NCBI GenBank assembly: GCA_902623975.1
Contig: CACNVR010000001.1
Location: 51,965-115,964 of the forward strand
DNA: 64,000 nt
Source: an uncultured Pelagibacteraceae bacterium
Lineage (GTDB): Bacteria; Pseudomonadota; Alphaproteobacteria; Pelagibacterales; Pelagibacteraceae
Reading direction: 5' to 3'
Shown piece by piece: positions 33,081-43,408 of this stretch. Numbering within the stretch: position 1 is the stretch's first letter; every line of letters starts with the position of its first letter. The position numbers and the translations under genes were made by a program. The notes beneath the pieces are model-generated. The model ran no database searches. It worked only from the letters and a program-made list of their open reading frames with translations, and was not told the DNA's origin.

Positions 33081-34475
33081 TTATAAACTCTTTACTATTT
33101 CCTCAGTCATTTTTTTTGCATCTGCAAACAACATTAAAGTATTGTCTCTGTAAAATAAATCATTATCAATTCCTGCATACCCCGGTGACAAGCTTCTTTT
33201 CACAAATAAGACTGACTTACTTTTTTCTACATCTAAGACCGGCATTCCATAAATAGGACTTTGCGGATCTGATTTTGCTACAGGATTTGTGACATCATTT
33301 GCACCTATGACATAAACTACATCACAATTTGCAAAATCATTATTTATCTCTTCTAATTCAAAAACCTCATCATAAGGCACATTAGCTTCTGCCAATAATA
33401 CATTCATGTGACCTGGCATTCTTCCCGCAACTGGATGAATTGCATATGAAACTTTAACGCCATTTTTTTTCAAAGCATCTACCATTTCTCTTAATGCATG
33501 TTGAGCTTGAGCTACAGCCATTCCATAACCGGGAACAATTATTACGGATGCAGCATTTTTCATTAGAAAAGCAGCATCGTCAGCATTTCCACTTTTTACA
33601 GGTTTTTGCTCATCTTTTTTAGATTTTGATATTTGATCTGTTGCACCCCATCCTCCTAAGATTACATTAAAAAATGATCTGTTCATTCCCTTACACATTA
33701 TGTATGAGAGAATTGCTCCTGAGGAACCTACTAGGGCGCCTGTGATAATTAGAGCTGTATTTTCAAGAGTAAAACCAATACCAGCAGCAGCCCATCCAGA
33801 ATAAGAGTTTAGCATAGATATGACAACAGGCATATCTGCTCCTCCTATGGGTATTATTAACAAAACACCTACTAAAAAAGATATGACTATTATTGACCAA
33901 AATAAATTTGATGATTGGTTGGCACAAAGGTAATAAATCAACACAATAATTGATAAGCCTAATATTAAGTTTATTAAATGTTGTCCTTTAAAAGTAATTG
34001 GTGATCCAGACATGATTCCTCTTAACTTTAAAAAAGCTATGATTGAACCTGAAAAAGTTATTGCACCAATTGCTGCCCCTAATGACATTTCAATTAAACT
34101 AGCTAGTTTTATGCTTCCTACATTTCCAAGGTTGAAAGCCTCCGGTTTTAAAAAAGCTGAAATAGCAACAAATACTGCAGCTAATCCGACTAAACTATGA
34201 AATCCTGCAACAAGTTCAGGCATTGCAGTCATTGGAATTTTAAATGCAATGAAAGCACCAATACAACCACCAATCAATAATAAGATCAATACATAGACAA
34301 AACCAGAGCCAAAATTATCTACCGAAAGAAAGGTGACTATAATTGCAATAGCCATACCTGCAATACCAAAATAATTTCCTTGTCTAGAAGTTTCTGGAGA
34401 AGACAATCCCCTTAGAGCAAGAATAAATAGTATTCCCGAAACTAAATAAAATAATGCTGATAAATTTGCTGTCAT
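33081..34475 (-). CDS. pntB: NAD(P) transhydrogenase beta subunit
   Basis: MTAMPELVAGFHSLVG, IGGADMPVVISMLNSYSG, PGYGMAVAQAQH, HPVAGRMPGHMNVLLAEA. Confidence 0.98.
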   Translation of the reverse strand: MTANLSALFYLVSGILFILALRGLSSPETSRQGNYFGIAGMAIAIIVTFLSVDNFGSGFVYVLILLLIGGCIGAFIAFKIPMTAMPELVAGFHSLVGLAAVFVAISAFLKPEAFNLGNVGSIKLASLIEMSLGAAIGAITFSGSIIAFLKLRGIMSGSPITFKGQHLINLILGLSIIVLIYYLCANQSSNLFWSIIVISFLVGVLLIIPIGGADMPVVISMLNSYSGWAAAGIGFTLENTALIITGALVGSSGAILSYIMCKGMNRSFFNVILGGWGATDQISKSKKDEQKPVKSGNADDAAFLMKNAASVIIVPGYGMAVAQAQHALREMVDALKKNGVKVSYAIHPVAGRMPGHMNVLLAEANVPYDEVFELEEINNDFANCDVVYVIGANDVTNPVAKSDPQSPIYGMPVLDVEKSKSVLFVKRSLSPGYAGIDNDLFYRDNTLMLFADAKKMTEEIVKSL

Positions 34476-34478
34476 TTT

Positions 34479-34781
34479 CTATTTTTTCTTTTTTTTGTAC
34501 ATTTGCAACATTCTCTGAGTCACTAAAAAACCTCCAAAAATATTAACTGCAGCTAATATTATTGCTAAAAAACCAAAAATATTTGAAGTTTCAAAAATTT
34601 TTTCCACATCACCTGCTAAGGCCGCAATTATTGCACCTACAATTATTACTGATGAAATTGCGTTCGTTACAGACATTAATGGCGTATGTAAAGATGGAGT
34701 AACACTCCATACAACATAATAACCAATAAAAATTGATAAAATAAAAATACTTAATCTGAATATAAAAGGATCTATTTCCAT
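34479..34781 (-). CDS. pntAb: NAD(P) transhydrogenase alpha subunit part 2 (membrane)
   Basis: VTPSLHTPLMSVTNAIS, NIFGGFLVTQRML. Confidence 0.96.
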   Translation of the reverse strand: MEIDPFIFRLSIFILSIFIGYYVVWSVTPSLHTPLMSVTNAISSVIIVGAIIAALAGDVEKIFETSNIFGFLAIILAAVNIFGGFLVTQRMLQMYKKKKK

Positions 34782-34783
34782 AA

Positions 34784-35872
34784 CTATTTTACTAATGTTT
34801 TTTCTATTATTTCATCTTCTAAATTAATATTAAATTTTTTATTCTCTTTATCATATAAATTTAATATGAAATTATATAAATTTTTTGAATAAAGATTTGA
34901 CGCAGAAGTAGGTAATCTATTCAAAATATTCGACTCACCCATAATTTTCACTCCATTTACATCAACAGTTTCATCTGCTTTTGTAAAAGCTGTGTTACCA
35001 CCTTGCACAGCAGCTAAATCATAAATCACAGAACCTGACTGCATATTATTTATCATATTATCTTTAATTATAATTGGAGCCTTTTTGCCTGGAACTAAAG
35101 CTGTACAAATTACTATATCTATTTTTTTTAATGTCTCAGAGAGTAATACCTCCTGTTTTATTTTAAAATCATCTGACGTTTCTTTCGCATATCCACCCTC
35201 CGTTTCAAGATTTTCAGAGCCTTCAACAGTCAAGAACTTTCCCCCAAGACTTTCTACTTGTTCTTTCGATGCCATTCTCACATCAGTAGCAAAAACTATT
35301 GCTCCCATTCTTTTAGCTGTGGCAACTGCTTGCAGACCAGCAACACCAGCACCAACAACTAATACTTTTGCTGCTGGTATGGTTCCTGCGGCCGTCATCA
35401 TCATTGGTATTGCTTTTTCAAAATTTGCAAATGACTCTACAACAGCCTTATATCCTGCCAAATTAGCTTGGGATGACAAAATATCCATTGATTGAGCTCG
35501 AGTAATTCTTGGCAATAATTCTAAAGAAAAATTTTTAATATTCTTTTTTATCAAATTATTTATCTTATCTTTATTATTAAAAGGATTCAAAACTCCAACT
35601 AAAATTTGATTTTCTTTGAAATGAGAAAGCTTTTCATCAGATGGTAATCCTAATTGTAAAATTAAATCTGCATTTTCAATTATTTCTTTTTCATCTTCAA
35701 AAATTTTCGCACCTAAGTTTTTATATTCATCATCGTTAAAACCTAAATGGTGTCCATAATTTTTAGGTATGGATACTTCGAAACCATTAGAAATATATTT
35801 TTTTGTAATTTCTGGAGTTATTGCAACTCTTTTTTCAATATTTTTATTTTCTTGAAGAGAAGCAATTTTCAT
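34784..35872 (-). CDS. pntAa: NAD(P) transhydrogenase alpha subunit part 1
   Basis: EKRVAITPE, PRITRAQSMDILSSQANLAGY, GAGVAGL, DLAAVQGGN. Confidence 0.97.
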   Translation of the reverse strand: MKIASLQENKNIEKRVAITPEITKKYISNGFEVSIPKNYGHHLGFNDDEYKNLGAKIFEDEKEIIENADLILQLGLPSDEKLSHFKENQILVGVLNPFNNKDKINNLIKKNIKNFSLELLPRITRAQSMDILSSQANLAGYKAVVESFANFEKAIPMMMTAAGTIPAAKVLVVGAGVAGLQAVATAKRMGAIVFATDVRMASKEQVESLGGKFLTVEGSENLETEGGYAKETSDDFKIKQEVLLSETLKKIDIVICTALVPGKKAPIIIKDNMINNMQSGSVIYDLAAVQGGNTAFTKADETVDVNGVKIMGESNILNRLPTSASNLYSKNLYNFILNLYDKENKKFNINLEDEIIEKTLVK

Positions 35873-35881
35873 AAGTCTATT

Positions 35882-35992
35882 TTATAATAAGAAGATTGCC
35901 ATTAAAACTAAAACAACTACGACCGCGACAGTACCCCACAACACGAATTTAGTAAAATTATTCCAAGTATTTTTATGGTTATCATTTTCCAT
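35882..35992 (-). CDS. aa3-type cytochrome c oxidase subunit IV-like small membrane protein (36 aa, not in ORF track)
   Basis: Translated by hand: MENDNHKNTWNNFTKFVLWGTVAVVVVLVLMAIFLL*. H..TW..F motif plus one TM helix; usual position upstream of pntA. Confidence 0.82.
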   Translation of the reverse strand: MENDNHKNTWNNFTKFVLWGTVAVVVVLVLMAIFLL

Positions 35993-35997
35993 AAAAA

Positions 35998-36123
35998 TTA
36001 TTTTTGTCTAGCTTTAAATTTTGGGTTTGTTTTGTTTATTATATAAACTCTTCCTCTTCTTCTTACCATTTTAGAGTTTAAATCTCTTTTCTTAATTGAT
36101 TTTAGAGAACTTTTTATTTTCAT
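35998..36123 (-). CDS. rpmJ: 50S ribosomal protein L36, Cys-free type B (41 aa, not in ORF track)
   Basis: Translated by hand: [41 protein letters not shown]. Confidence 0.97.
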   Translation of the reverse strand: MKIKSSLKSIKKRDLNSKMVRRRGRVYIINKTNPKFKARQK

Positions 36124-36138
36124 AATAAATATTAGTTA

Positions 36139-36254
36139 AGCCGGCAATGTCCTACTCTTCCATGTCTTAAGACAAAGTACCATCGGCGCAGAGAGGCTTG
36201 ACTTCCGAGTTCGGAATGGGATCGGGTATAACACTCTCGCAATAATCACCGGCA
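36139..36254 (-). rRNA. rrf: 5S rRNA, unlinked from 23S (ends approximate)
   Basis: Reverse complement contains CCCGATCCCATTCCGAACTCGGAAGTCAAGC...GCCGATGGTACT...GAGTAGG; terminal helix GCCGGTGAT/ATTGCCGGC. Confidence 0.97.
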
Positions 36255-36259
36255 GAGGA

Positions 36260-36287
36260 TTTATATACAAATTTTATACAATGTAAA
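36260..36287 (-). promoter_or_regulatory. Candidate dedicated promoter of the 5S rRNA
   Basis: Minus strand TTTACA-N16-TATAAA, then TCCTC and the 5S 5' end. Confidence 0.55.
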
Positions 36288-36331
36288 TATCTATGATTTT
36301 AGTCTTGATTATAAATCTTTGAAAATTACCC

Positions 36332-37753
36332 TTAAATTTCATTATTTTTTTGAAAAAAATTTATTACTTTTTTTAATCCAATACAAAAAAAGAAAATAAT
36401 ACTAATCATACAAGGAGCAAAATATTTAGGATTTCCCCAAAGTCCTGAAATGGATAGATAATATAGAATAGAAAAAACATTAAAGATTAAAAAAAAGTCA
36501 AAATTTGATTTTTCATCTCGCGTTAAAAAATTTTTGATAAATATAAAAAGACCTAAAATTATAAAAGGATAAAAAAATAAGGAATAAATCACATTCTTAT
36601 ACAAATTTTTGTGATAATATTTTTTAGGGTTTAAATAAGACTCGGGATCAGATTTATCATAAAAAAAATGCTGGTGTACCCATAAGGGGTGAATGATACT
36701 CATAGTAATAATTTTTTTTGTTAAAAGTTTAGTAAAAAAAATTGGGTTATCTAATACTTCACTTAAAAATATTTTATTTCGAAAATCTATATTTTTTATG
36801 TAATCATCAAAAACTTTAATATCAATATTATTATTTTTTTTCCAATTCTCTTCCTCTTTAACAAGGATTTCTTTAGCTTTTTGTTGAGTAATCTTTAAAT
36901 TATCAGCTTTTATTACATGAGCAAAATAATGATAAAAAGAATAGTATTGATGATCTTTAGATAAAAAATGAAAATTATCTGTTTTTTTAAAATTATTATA
37001 ACCAATTGGCAAAATTATCATAAAGTAACCAATTATTAAAAATAGATATGGTTTAATATTTAATTTGAAATTCAAAAAATAAAAAATCAAGACTGGGAAA
37101 ATATACAAAAAGCTTACAGATCGTTGTGCAAACATAAGTCCAATGATAATACCTACTGCGAAATTTGAAAAAAATTTTCCATCTTTTTGAATTAGAAGAG
37201 AAAATAAAATTATCATTAATGACAAGAAAATGCTTTCTGTCCAAAAAGAAGAGTGCCACTGTATTATACTAGGCTCTAAACACAAAAAAAAAATTATTAA
37301 TCTATAATATAAAGGATCTAATTTTTTTTTAGATCTTGTAGCAAATAAAATGATTGAAGAGTAAAAAAAGATAATTTGTAAAAATAAAAGGCCGAATTTG
37401 TAATTATCAACTTTAATTACTTTCTGTCCATCAGGTTTATTTTCATAAATTTCTTCATTAATAAGATGATAATAAGAACCTACAATGATTACTGGTAAAA
37501 AATATTTTTCGTAGTTTGGCAAAGCTTCAAAAAAATTTTCTCCTTTTTGGAGTTTGTTTCTAAAATCATCCGCCTTACTCCAATTATGACCTATATCTGC
37601 GTAAATAAGTTGGTTATACCAGTTACCTTTAAAATTTACTCTATTGTTGTCAAAATTTTTAAGATTGTATAATGACCAAATTACACTTATCAAAAAAGCG
37701 ATGCTAATTACTATAATTTCAAATTTATTTTTTCTTACTTTTGATAGTAGCAT
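36332..37753 (-). CDS. Multi-pass membrane protein, GT-C (ArnT/PMT-like) glycosyltransferase candidate
   Basis: Many TM segments, acidic first loop (IYADIG), SFWTESIF resembling the ArnT/PMT-type xxTE motif, large soluble loop, C-terminal PKY. Confidence 0.55.
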   Translation of the reverse strand: MLLSKVRKNKFEIIVISIAFLISVIWSLYNLKNFDNNRVNFKGNWYNQLIYADIGHNWSKADDFRNKLQKGENFFEALPNYEKYFLPVIIVGSYYHLINEEIYENKPDGQKVIKVDNYKFGLLFLQIIFFYSSIILFATRSKKKLDPLYYRLIIFFLCLEPSIIQWHSSFWTESIFLSLMIILFSLLIQKDGKFFSNFAVGIIIGLMFAQRSVSFLYIFPVLIFYFLNFKLNIKPYLFLIIGYFMIILPIGYNNFKKTDNFHFLSKDHQYYSFYHYFAHVIKADNLKITQQKAKEILVKEEENWKKNNNIDIKVFDDYIKNIDFRNKIFLSEVLDNPIFFTKLLTKKIITMSIIHPLWVHQHFFYDKSDPESYLNPKKYYHKNLYKNVIYSLFFYPFIILGLFIFIKNFLTRDEKSNFDFFLIFNVFSILYYLSISGLWGNPKYFAPCMISIIFFFCIGLKKVINFFQKNNEI

Positions 37754-38684
37754 TTTCTTCTAAAAAAAAATTATATGTCTCTAATATTGACTCTTTAAGA
37801 TTAAATTGAGGTTTCCATCCATATTGTTTTGCAAGACTAATATCTAGTACTTTTCTTGGAGTACCATTGGGTTTTGATTTATCAAACTTAATTTTTACTT
37901 TTATATTCGGAAGTATAACATTTGATAAAATTTTTGCATACTCCTTGATTGAATAATCCTTGCCAGTCCCAATATTAATAATATCCTCTTTTGTTTTTTT
38001 TCTCATAAAGTAGACACAGGCACCAGCCAAATCGTTTACGTAAATTACCTCTCTTTTTGGAGAACCATCACCCCATAATTTCAATTCATCTTTTTTTAAT
38101 TCTTTTAATTTATGTAATTTTTTTATAAGCGCAGGTATAAAATGTGAGTTTAACTCATCATAATTATCATTTTTACCAAATGTGTTTGTAGGCATTATAC
38201 ATCTATAATTTCTTCTAAATTGTTCGTTGTAACTCTGACACATTTTTATACCAGCTATTTTAGCAATGGCGTAAGCATCATTTGTTTTTTCAAGTTTTCC
38301 ATTTAATAGATACTCCTCTTTAATAGGTTGTTTGCAATCTCTAGGATAAACACAACTCGATCCTAAAAAAATTAAATTTTGAACACCACTCTTATGAGCA
38401 GAATCTATTACATTTAATTGAATTGATAAGTTATCATAAATAAAATCTGCCTTATAATTTTGATTGGAATATATTCCACCAACTTTTGCTGCTGCAAGAA
38501 ATATGAAATCAGGTTTATTTTTCTTTAAAAATAAAAGGACTTTTTTTTTGTTAGTTAAATCTAACTTTTTTTTAGTTACAGTTAAAATATTTTTATATCC
38601 TTTTTTTTTTAATGTTCTTAAAATTGCTCCACCAACTAATCCTTTATGGCCTGCAATAAATATCTTAGAATTCAGAGTAATCAT
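37725..38684 (-). CDS. fcl: GDP-L-fucose synthase
   Basis: [57 protein letters not shown]. Confidence 0.96.
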   Translation of the reverse strand: MITLNSKIFIAGHKGLVGGAILRTLKKKGYKNILTVTKKKLDLTNKKKVLLFLKKNKPDFIFLAAAKVGGIYSNQNYKADFIYDNLSIQLNVIDSAHKSGVQNLIFLGSSCVYPRDCKQPIKEEYLLNGKLEKTNDAYAIAKIAGIKMCQSYNEQFRRNYRCIMPTNTFGKNDNYDELNSHFIPALIKKLHKLKELKKDELKLWGDGSPKREVIYVNDLAGACVYFMRKKTKEDIINIGTGKDYSIKEYAKILSNVILPNIKVKIKFDKSKPNGTPRKVLDISLAKQYGWKPQFNLKESILETYNFFLEENATIKSKKK

Positions 38685-39718
38685 TGTAATTTAGATATTT
38701 CAGCATTTACCATATCTTTTACAAGTTGCTTAATTTGTATTTTTGGTTTCCACTTAAGTTCTTTTTTTGCTTTCCTTGCATCACCTAATAATGTGTCAAC
38801 TTCTAATGGTCTGAAATATTCTTTACTGCAAGCCACAATACAGACTCCATTATCATCATAACATTTTGAGTTAAATCCGTTACCTTTCCATTTGAATTTT
38901 ATATTTAATTCTTTAAGCACAAGGTTAACAAACTCTTTTACCGTAAATTGCTTTCCAGTAGCTATCACATAATCTGAAGGATTTTTTTTTTGAAGCATTT
39001 TCCACATTGCTACAACGTAATCCTTTGCATGGCCCCAATCTCGTTTTGCATTTACATTTCCAAGATATAATCTTTTTTGTTTTCCATATTTTATTTTAGT
39101 TAATGCAGAAACAATTTTTTTTGTTACAAAAGTTTCACCCCTTCTTGGACTTTCGTGGTTAAATAAAATTCCATTACATGCAAATATATTATAGGCTTCT
39201 CTGTAATTAACTGTTATCCAATGAGCATAAACTTTTGCTACACCGTAAGGGCTCCTTGGATAGAAAGGTGTTTTTTCATTTTGAGGCATCTCTTGAACTT
39301 TTCCATACATTTCTGATGTGCCTGCTTGGTAAAATTTCGTTTTTTTTTCAAAATTATGAAACTTTATTGCCTCTAAAATTCTTAAGGCTCCAATTGCATC
39401 AGCATTCGCTGTATACTCTGGAACTTCAAAGGAAACAGCAACATGTGATTGTGCTGCTAAATTATAAATTTCATCAGGTTTTATAGTTTTTATCAAAGAG
39501 GATACAGATATTGCATCGGTAACATCTCCGTAGTGTAAAAAGAAATTTCTTTTTTTTTCAAATGGATCTTGGTAGATGTGATCAACTCTATTAGTATTTA
39601 AAGAAGACGATCTTCTTTTAACACCATGAACTAAATAACCTTTTTTTATCAAAAGTTCAGACAAATAAGATCCATCTTGACCTGTAACACCAAATATTAA
39701 AGCAGTTTTTTTTTTCAT
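38681..39718 (-). CDS. gmd: GDP-mannose 4,6-dehydratase
   Basis: [60 protein letters not shown]. Confidence 0.98.
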   Translation of the reverse strand: MKKKTALIFGVTGQDGSYLSELLIKKGYLVHGVKRRSSSLNTNRVDHIYQDPFEKKRNFFLHYGDVTDAISVSSLIKTIKPDEIYNLAAQSHVAVSFEVPEYTANADAIGALRILEAIKFHNFEKKTKFYQAGTSEMYGKVQEMPQNEKTPFYPRSPYGVAKVYAHWITVNYREAYNIFACNGILFNHESPRRGETFVTKKIVSALTKIKYGKQKRLYLGNVNAKRDWGHAKDYVVAMWKMLQKKNPSDYVIATGKQFTVKEFVNLVLKELNIKFKWKGNGFNSKCYDDNGVCIVACSKEYFRPLEVDTLLGDARKAKKELKWKPKIQIKQLVKDMVNAEISKLQ

Positions 39719-39720
39719 AA

Positions 39721-40740
39721 TTAATTTTTTAGCTTATAAAAGTAAATTTTGAAGTAAATAACTGTATATAAGACTAAATTCAATAAAATAAGAAGTATTT
39801 GTACTTGGCTATTTGAAAAATAATTAATTGATATTAAAAAGATAATCGCATTGTATAAGTTTATGATGTTAGCTGAAATGATATTTGAATATAATAAGTT
39901 ATATTTGAACTTTTTTTTTATAAATAAAAATATAAATTGATGTAAATGGTTAATATCAGGTGACAGTGGTGATTTTTTAACAACATTTTTTCTTAAAATT
40001 GAGAAAAGAGTCTCAAAACAAGGATACCATAATAATAATATTATAAAAAAAGGTGATAAACTATTGTTCAAATTGTAAGTTTCAATCAAGACAACTGAAA
40101 AAATGAATCCCAATATATATGAGCCAGAATCACCTAAAAACATCCTATTGAAAATGTTTATGATAAAAATTATTGATAAAATAAATAATAAAAAAAAACT
40201 TAAATTTTTTAGATAAATTTCTAATCCTTGTAATTTTAGATAATAAATTACTAAACCAATAAGAAGGTAATAACCAATATTTAAAGTATTCAACCCATCA
40301 ATAAAGTTTGAACCATTAATTAAAATTAAAATACAGAAAGATACAAATAAACAATTAAAAAATATATTTTTAAGAAATTCGTCGAGTAAAAAAATTCGTG
40401 TATCTTGTATTTTAAGCTCAGTAATGGCAACAAAAAGAATTACTAAAGATATCTGTGTTATCAATCTCAAAATTGCTGATTTAATCAATTTCAAATCTGA
40501 AAAAAAACCTAAAATTAAAATTAGAAATAAGAAAATAAAAAAATATAAAAAATCATAGTTATAAGAATAAATTGACCCTAAGAATATAAAAATTCCTCCT
40601 GACAAAGGAATTGACTCTGATGACGCAAATTTTTGATGGCGATCACCGGTAACGCTTATTAAAAAAAAATTCTTCTTTAAAAAATAATTTAGAAAAAATA
40701 TTAATATTGTCAAAAAAATTAAATAGATAAAAAAATTCAT
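39721..40740 (-). CDS. MraY/WecA family polyprenyl-phosphate HexNAc-1-phosphate transferase
   Basis: [33 protein letters not shown], many TM segments; the usual DD motif reads SD (GFFSDLK). Confidence 0.85.
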   Translation of the reverse strand: MNFFIYLIFLTILIFFLNYFLKKNFFLISVTGDRHQKFASSESIPLSGGIFIFLGSIYSYNYDFLYFFIFLFLILILGFFSDLKLIKSAILRLITQISLVILFVAITELKIQDTRIFLLDEFLKNIFFNCLFVSFCILILINGSNFIDGLNTLNIGYYLLIGLVIYYLKLQGLEIYLKNLSFFLLFILSIIFIINIFNRMFLGDSGSYILGFIFSVVLIETYNLNNSLSPFFIILLLWYPCFETLFSILRKNVVKKSPLSPDINHLHQFIFLFIKKKFKYNLLYSNIISANIINLYNAIIFLISINYFSNSQVQILLILLNLVLYTVIYFKIYFYKLKN

Positions 40741-40744
40741 TTAA

Positions 40745-41488
40745 TCACCTACTAACAGAATTAATTGATAAAATTAATAAACAGATTATAGATTTAAATA
40801 TGTTAAATTTTAGGTATGAATTGTATACTCTAAAACCATCTATTATTTTTTGTGTCACTGAGGAAGATAATGAATTTTTGTTTTTTCGCCAGCTTACAAG
40901 GTTTTCATCTAGACCATTTAATAAGATTCCATCCTTTGCTAATTTTAGCCACAAAACGTAATCTTCCTTAGTTTTAAGATTTGCAAATCTATAATTTGGA
41001 TTAGAAAACAAATCTTTTTTTAAAATCACAGTAGATAATCCAATATCACAAGATTTAATCAAATCATCAAAATTTAATTTGTTTTGAGCTTGTCTAAGAC
41101 CAATTTTACTTTCTTGTTCATTAATAACTTCATATGCTGTGAAACAAAAATCAATTTCTAAATTTTTCATAAATTTTATTTGTTGATCTAGCTTTGTTTT
41201 TTTCCATAAATCATCACAATCACAAAAAGCAATATATTCTCCAGAGGCAATTTTAATTCCAAAATTTCTTGTCTCTCCTGCTCCTTGGTTATTTTTATTT
41301 TTGATGATAATTATACGTTTATCTAAAGTTGAAATTTTTTTTAATACCTCTGAGCTTTCATCACTCAACTCATCGTCAATAATAATTATTTCAAAATTTT
41401 GATAGGTTTGGTTAAGAATTGATTGAATTGAACTCTCAATAAATGGTTTTTTTTTATAATAAGGCATTAAAACACTAACTAAAGACAT
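40745..41488 (-). CDS. Glycosyltransferase family 2 (TuaG-like)
   Basis: VSVLMPYY, IIIIDD, YIAFCDCDDLW, EDYVLWL. Confidence 0.92.
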   Translation of the reverse strand: MSLVSVLMPYYKKKPFIESSIQSILNQTYQNFEIIIIDDELSDESSEVLKKISTLDKRIIIIKNKNNQGAGETRNFGIKIASGEYIAFCDCDDLWKKTKLDQQIKFMKNLEIDFCFTAYEVINEQESKIGLRQAQNKLNFDDLIKSCDIGLSTVILKKDLFSNPNYRFANLKTKEDYVLWLKLAKDGILLNGLDENLVSWRKNKNSLSSSVTQKIIDGFRVYNSYLKFNIFKSIICLLILSINSVSR

Positions 41489-41539
41489 TAGATAATCTTA
41501 TATGATTTGATAATTATATTATATTAGTTTTGTAAAATA

Positions 41540-42142
41540 ATGAAAATTAATAAAAAAAATAGTCTTAGTTTTAAAGTCTTAAGCTCTGTATCTGAAGATA
41601 AAATTAAACAACTATATGATATTCATCTTAAAAGTCTTCCAAACGACATAATTCATTTTTTTGGATATGATATTGAAAAAAAATATATCTTAGGGCTGAT
41701 TGAAGAAAATAAATGCAGAATTATAGTTGCTTTATCAAATAAATCTATTGTGGGCTTTATAATTTTAAGGTTTGGATTTTTTAATATAAAAAAAATAATA
41801 GATCTTTCATCAATATTAAGATTCTTAATCAACTCAATATTAAATCCAATGCTAATTTTAAGATTAACCTACCAACTTTTAAAACCAAATATAATTCCTA
41901 AACAGAGTTGTGAAATAGATTATTTTGCAGTTTCTAATAGGTTTAAATCTCAAGGAATAGGAAAAAAATTACTTAAGATAGCTGAAAAAACTGCAAAAGA
42001 AAAAAAATTCAAAAAAATTTTTACAAAAACTTATAATAAGAAATTAGCTTATTTTTACATAAATAAAAAAAAAGCTGTTCTTTTAAATAAATATAAAATC
42101 TTACATTATTTGTACTTCTGTGTTTACTGGAAAATTAATTAG
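41540..42142 (+). CDS. GNAT family N-acetyltransferase
   Basis: Acetyl-CoA motif A IDYFAVSNRFKSQGIGKKLL, motif B N..LAYFY; internal hydrophobic insertion. Confidence 0.82.
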   Translation: MKINKKNSLSFKVLSSVSEDKIKQLYDIHLKSLPNDIIHFFGYDIEKKYILGLIEENKCRIIVALSNKSIVGFIILRFGFFNIKKIIDLSSILRFLINSILNPMLILRLTYQLLKPNIIPKQSCEIDYFAVSNRFKSQGIGKKLLKIAEKTAKEKKFKKIFTKTYNKKLAYFYINKKKAVLLNKYKILHYLYFCVYWKIN

Positions 42143-42169
42143 TGTATTTAGTATGAATAATATTAAATT

Positions 42170-43408
42170 ATGGCAATACCTTTTTTTTCAATAGATTTAA
42201 AAACTAAAGATTTTTTTTTAATTATTAAGAATATAATATTTCCTTTTAATAAAAAAAAGCTTGAAGATAAATTAAAAGAAAAGTTATCACTAAGATATCC
42301 AAATAAATTTATTTCCTTGTTGCCCTCTGGAAGATTGGGTTTTTATCTCACAATTAAATATTTGTTCAAACCCAATGATTTAATAATTTTTTCATCAATG
42401 AGCTTTCCTTTATACATTAAAATTGCAAAACAATTAGGAATGAGAATAAAATTGATTGATGTTTCTGATAAAGATCTAAATATAAATTATGAAAATTTTG
42501 CTGAAATCGATGAAGATTGTAAGGGAATGATTGTAACTCATCTTTTTGGAAATCCTTGTGAAATAGAAAAAATAAAAAATTTTTGTGAAAAAAAAAATAT
42601 TATTCTTATTGAGGATTGCGCTCAGTCTTTTGACTCTTCTTTTAATGGTATTGAAACTGGAAATTTTGGAGAAGCAGGTATTATCTCAACAAGTTTACTA
42701 AAAATCCCAACAACCCTAAGTGGCGGTATTCTGGTTACTAGCAACCAAGAACTACACAAAAATACAAATCAGTGGTTAGAAAATAATTTATCAAATAATT
42801 TTTTTGAAAAATTCAAACTTTTTTTAAAAGTATTCATCTTTATATTAAATTCATACCCAAAAATTTACTCAATACTTTCAGATAAAGTATTTTTTTTTCT
42901 AAAAAAATATAATCCTAGAATCTATCGGAAAATTCTTTATTCAGGTATGGGAATGAAAAAAAACCTATTTGATCCTAAAGAAAGACCACATTTAAGTAAA
43001 TATCAAATTGCAATTGGCTTGAGTCAAATTGAAAGATGTGAAGAGATGACATATGTCAGAAGAAAAAATTCTCAATATCTTCAGCAAATTTTATCAAATT
43101 CAAAAAATATTGAAGTCATTAATGACCATTCAAAAAATAATTGGAATCACCAATATTTTGTTATCAAGATAAAAGCTAATTTTCAAAAAATTTTAAACAA
43201 TATTTTTAATCAAGGAATTCATACTATGGATGAAAATGTTTGGGATTGTTCTGCCTATAAATTTGATATTGAAAATCAAAAAGCAAAATTTGAAATTACC
43301 AAAAATTATGATGGAACTCTTCTTAGAATACAAAATAATTCTTTTTTAAATAAAAAACAAATAGAACGCATTGCAAAAACTATTAAAGATTGTGCAGATG
43401 GAAAATAA
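42170..43408 (+). CDS. DegT/DnrJ/EryC1/StrS family PLP-dependent sugar aminotransferase
   Basis: SGRLG, VTHLFGNP, LIEDCAQS, PLP lysine in STSLLK...SGG. Confidence 0.88.
   Translation: MAIPFFSIDLKTKDFFLIIKNIIFPFNKKKLEDKLKEKLSLRYPNKFISLLPSGRLGFYLTIKYLFKPNDLIIFSSMSFPLYIKIAKQLGMRIKLIDVSDKDLNINYENFAEIDEDCKGMIVTHLFGNPCEIEKIKNFCEKKNIILIEDCAQSFDSSFNGIETGNFGEAGIISTSLLKIPTTLSGGILVTSNQELHKNTNQWLENNLSNNFFEKFKLFLKVFIFILNSYPKIYSILSDKVFFFLKKYNPRIYRKILYSGMGMKKNLFDPKERPHLSKYQIAIGLSQIERCEEMTYVRRKNSQYLQQILSNSKNIEVINDHSKNNWNHQYFVIKIKANFQKILNNIFNQGIHTMDENVWDCSAYKFDIENQKAKFEITKNYDGTLLRIQNNSFLNKKQIERIAKTIKDCADGK

Noticed and set aside
34479-35872. Split pntA as a possible frameshift or pseudogene
   Set aside because: The PntAa/PntAb split is the normal three-subunit arrangement in many Alphaproteobacteria; both ORFs are intact.
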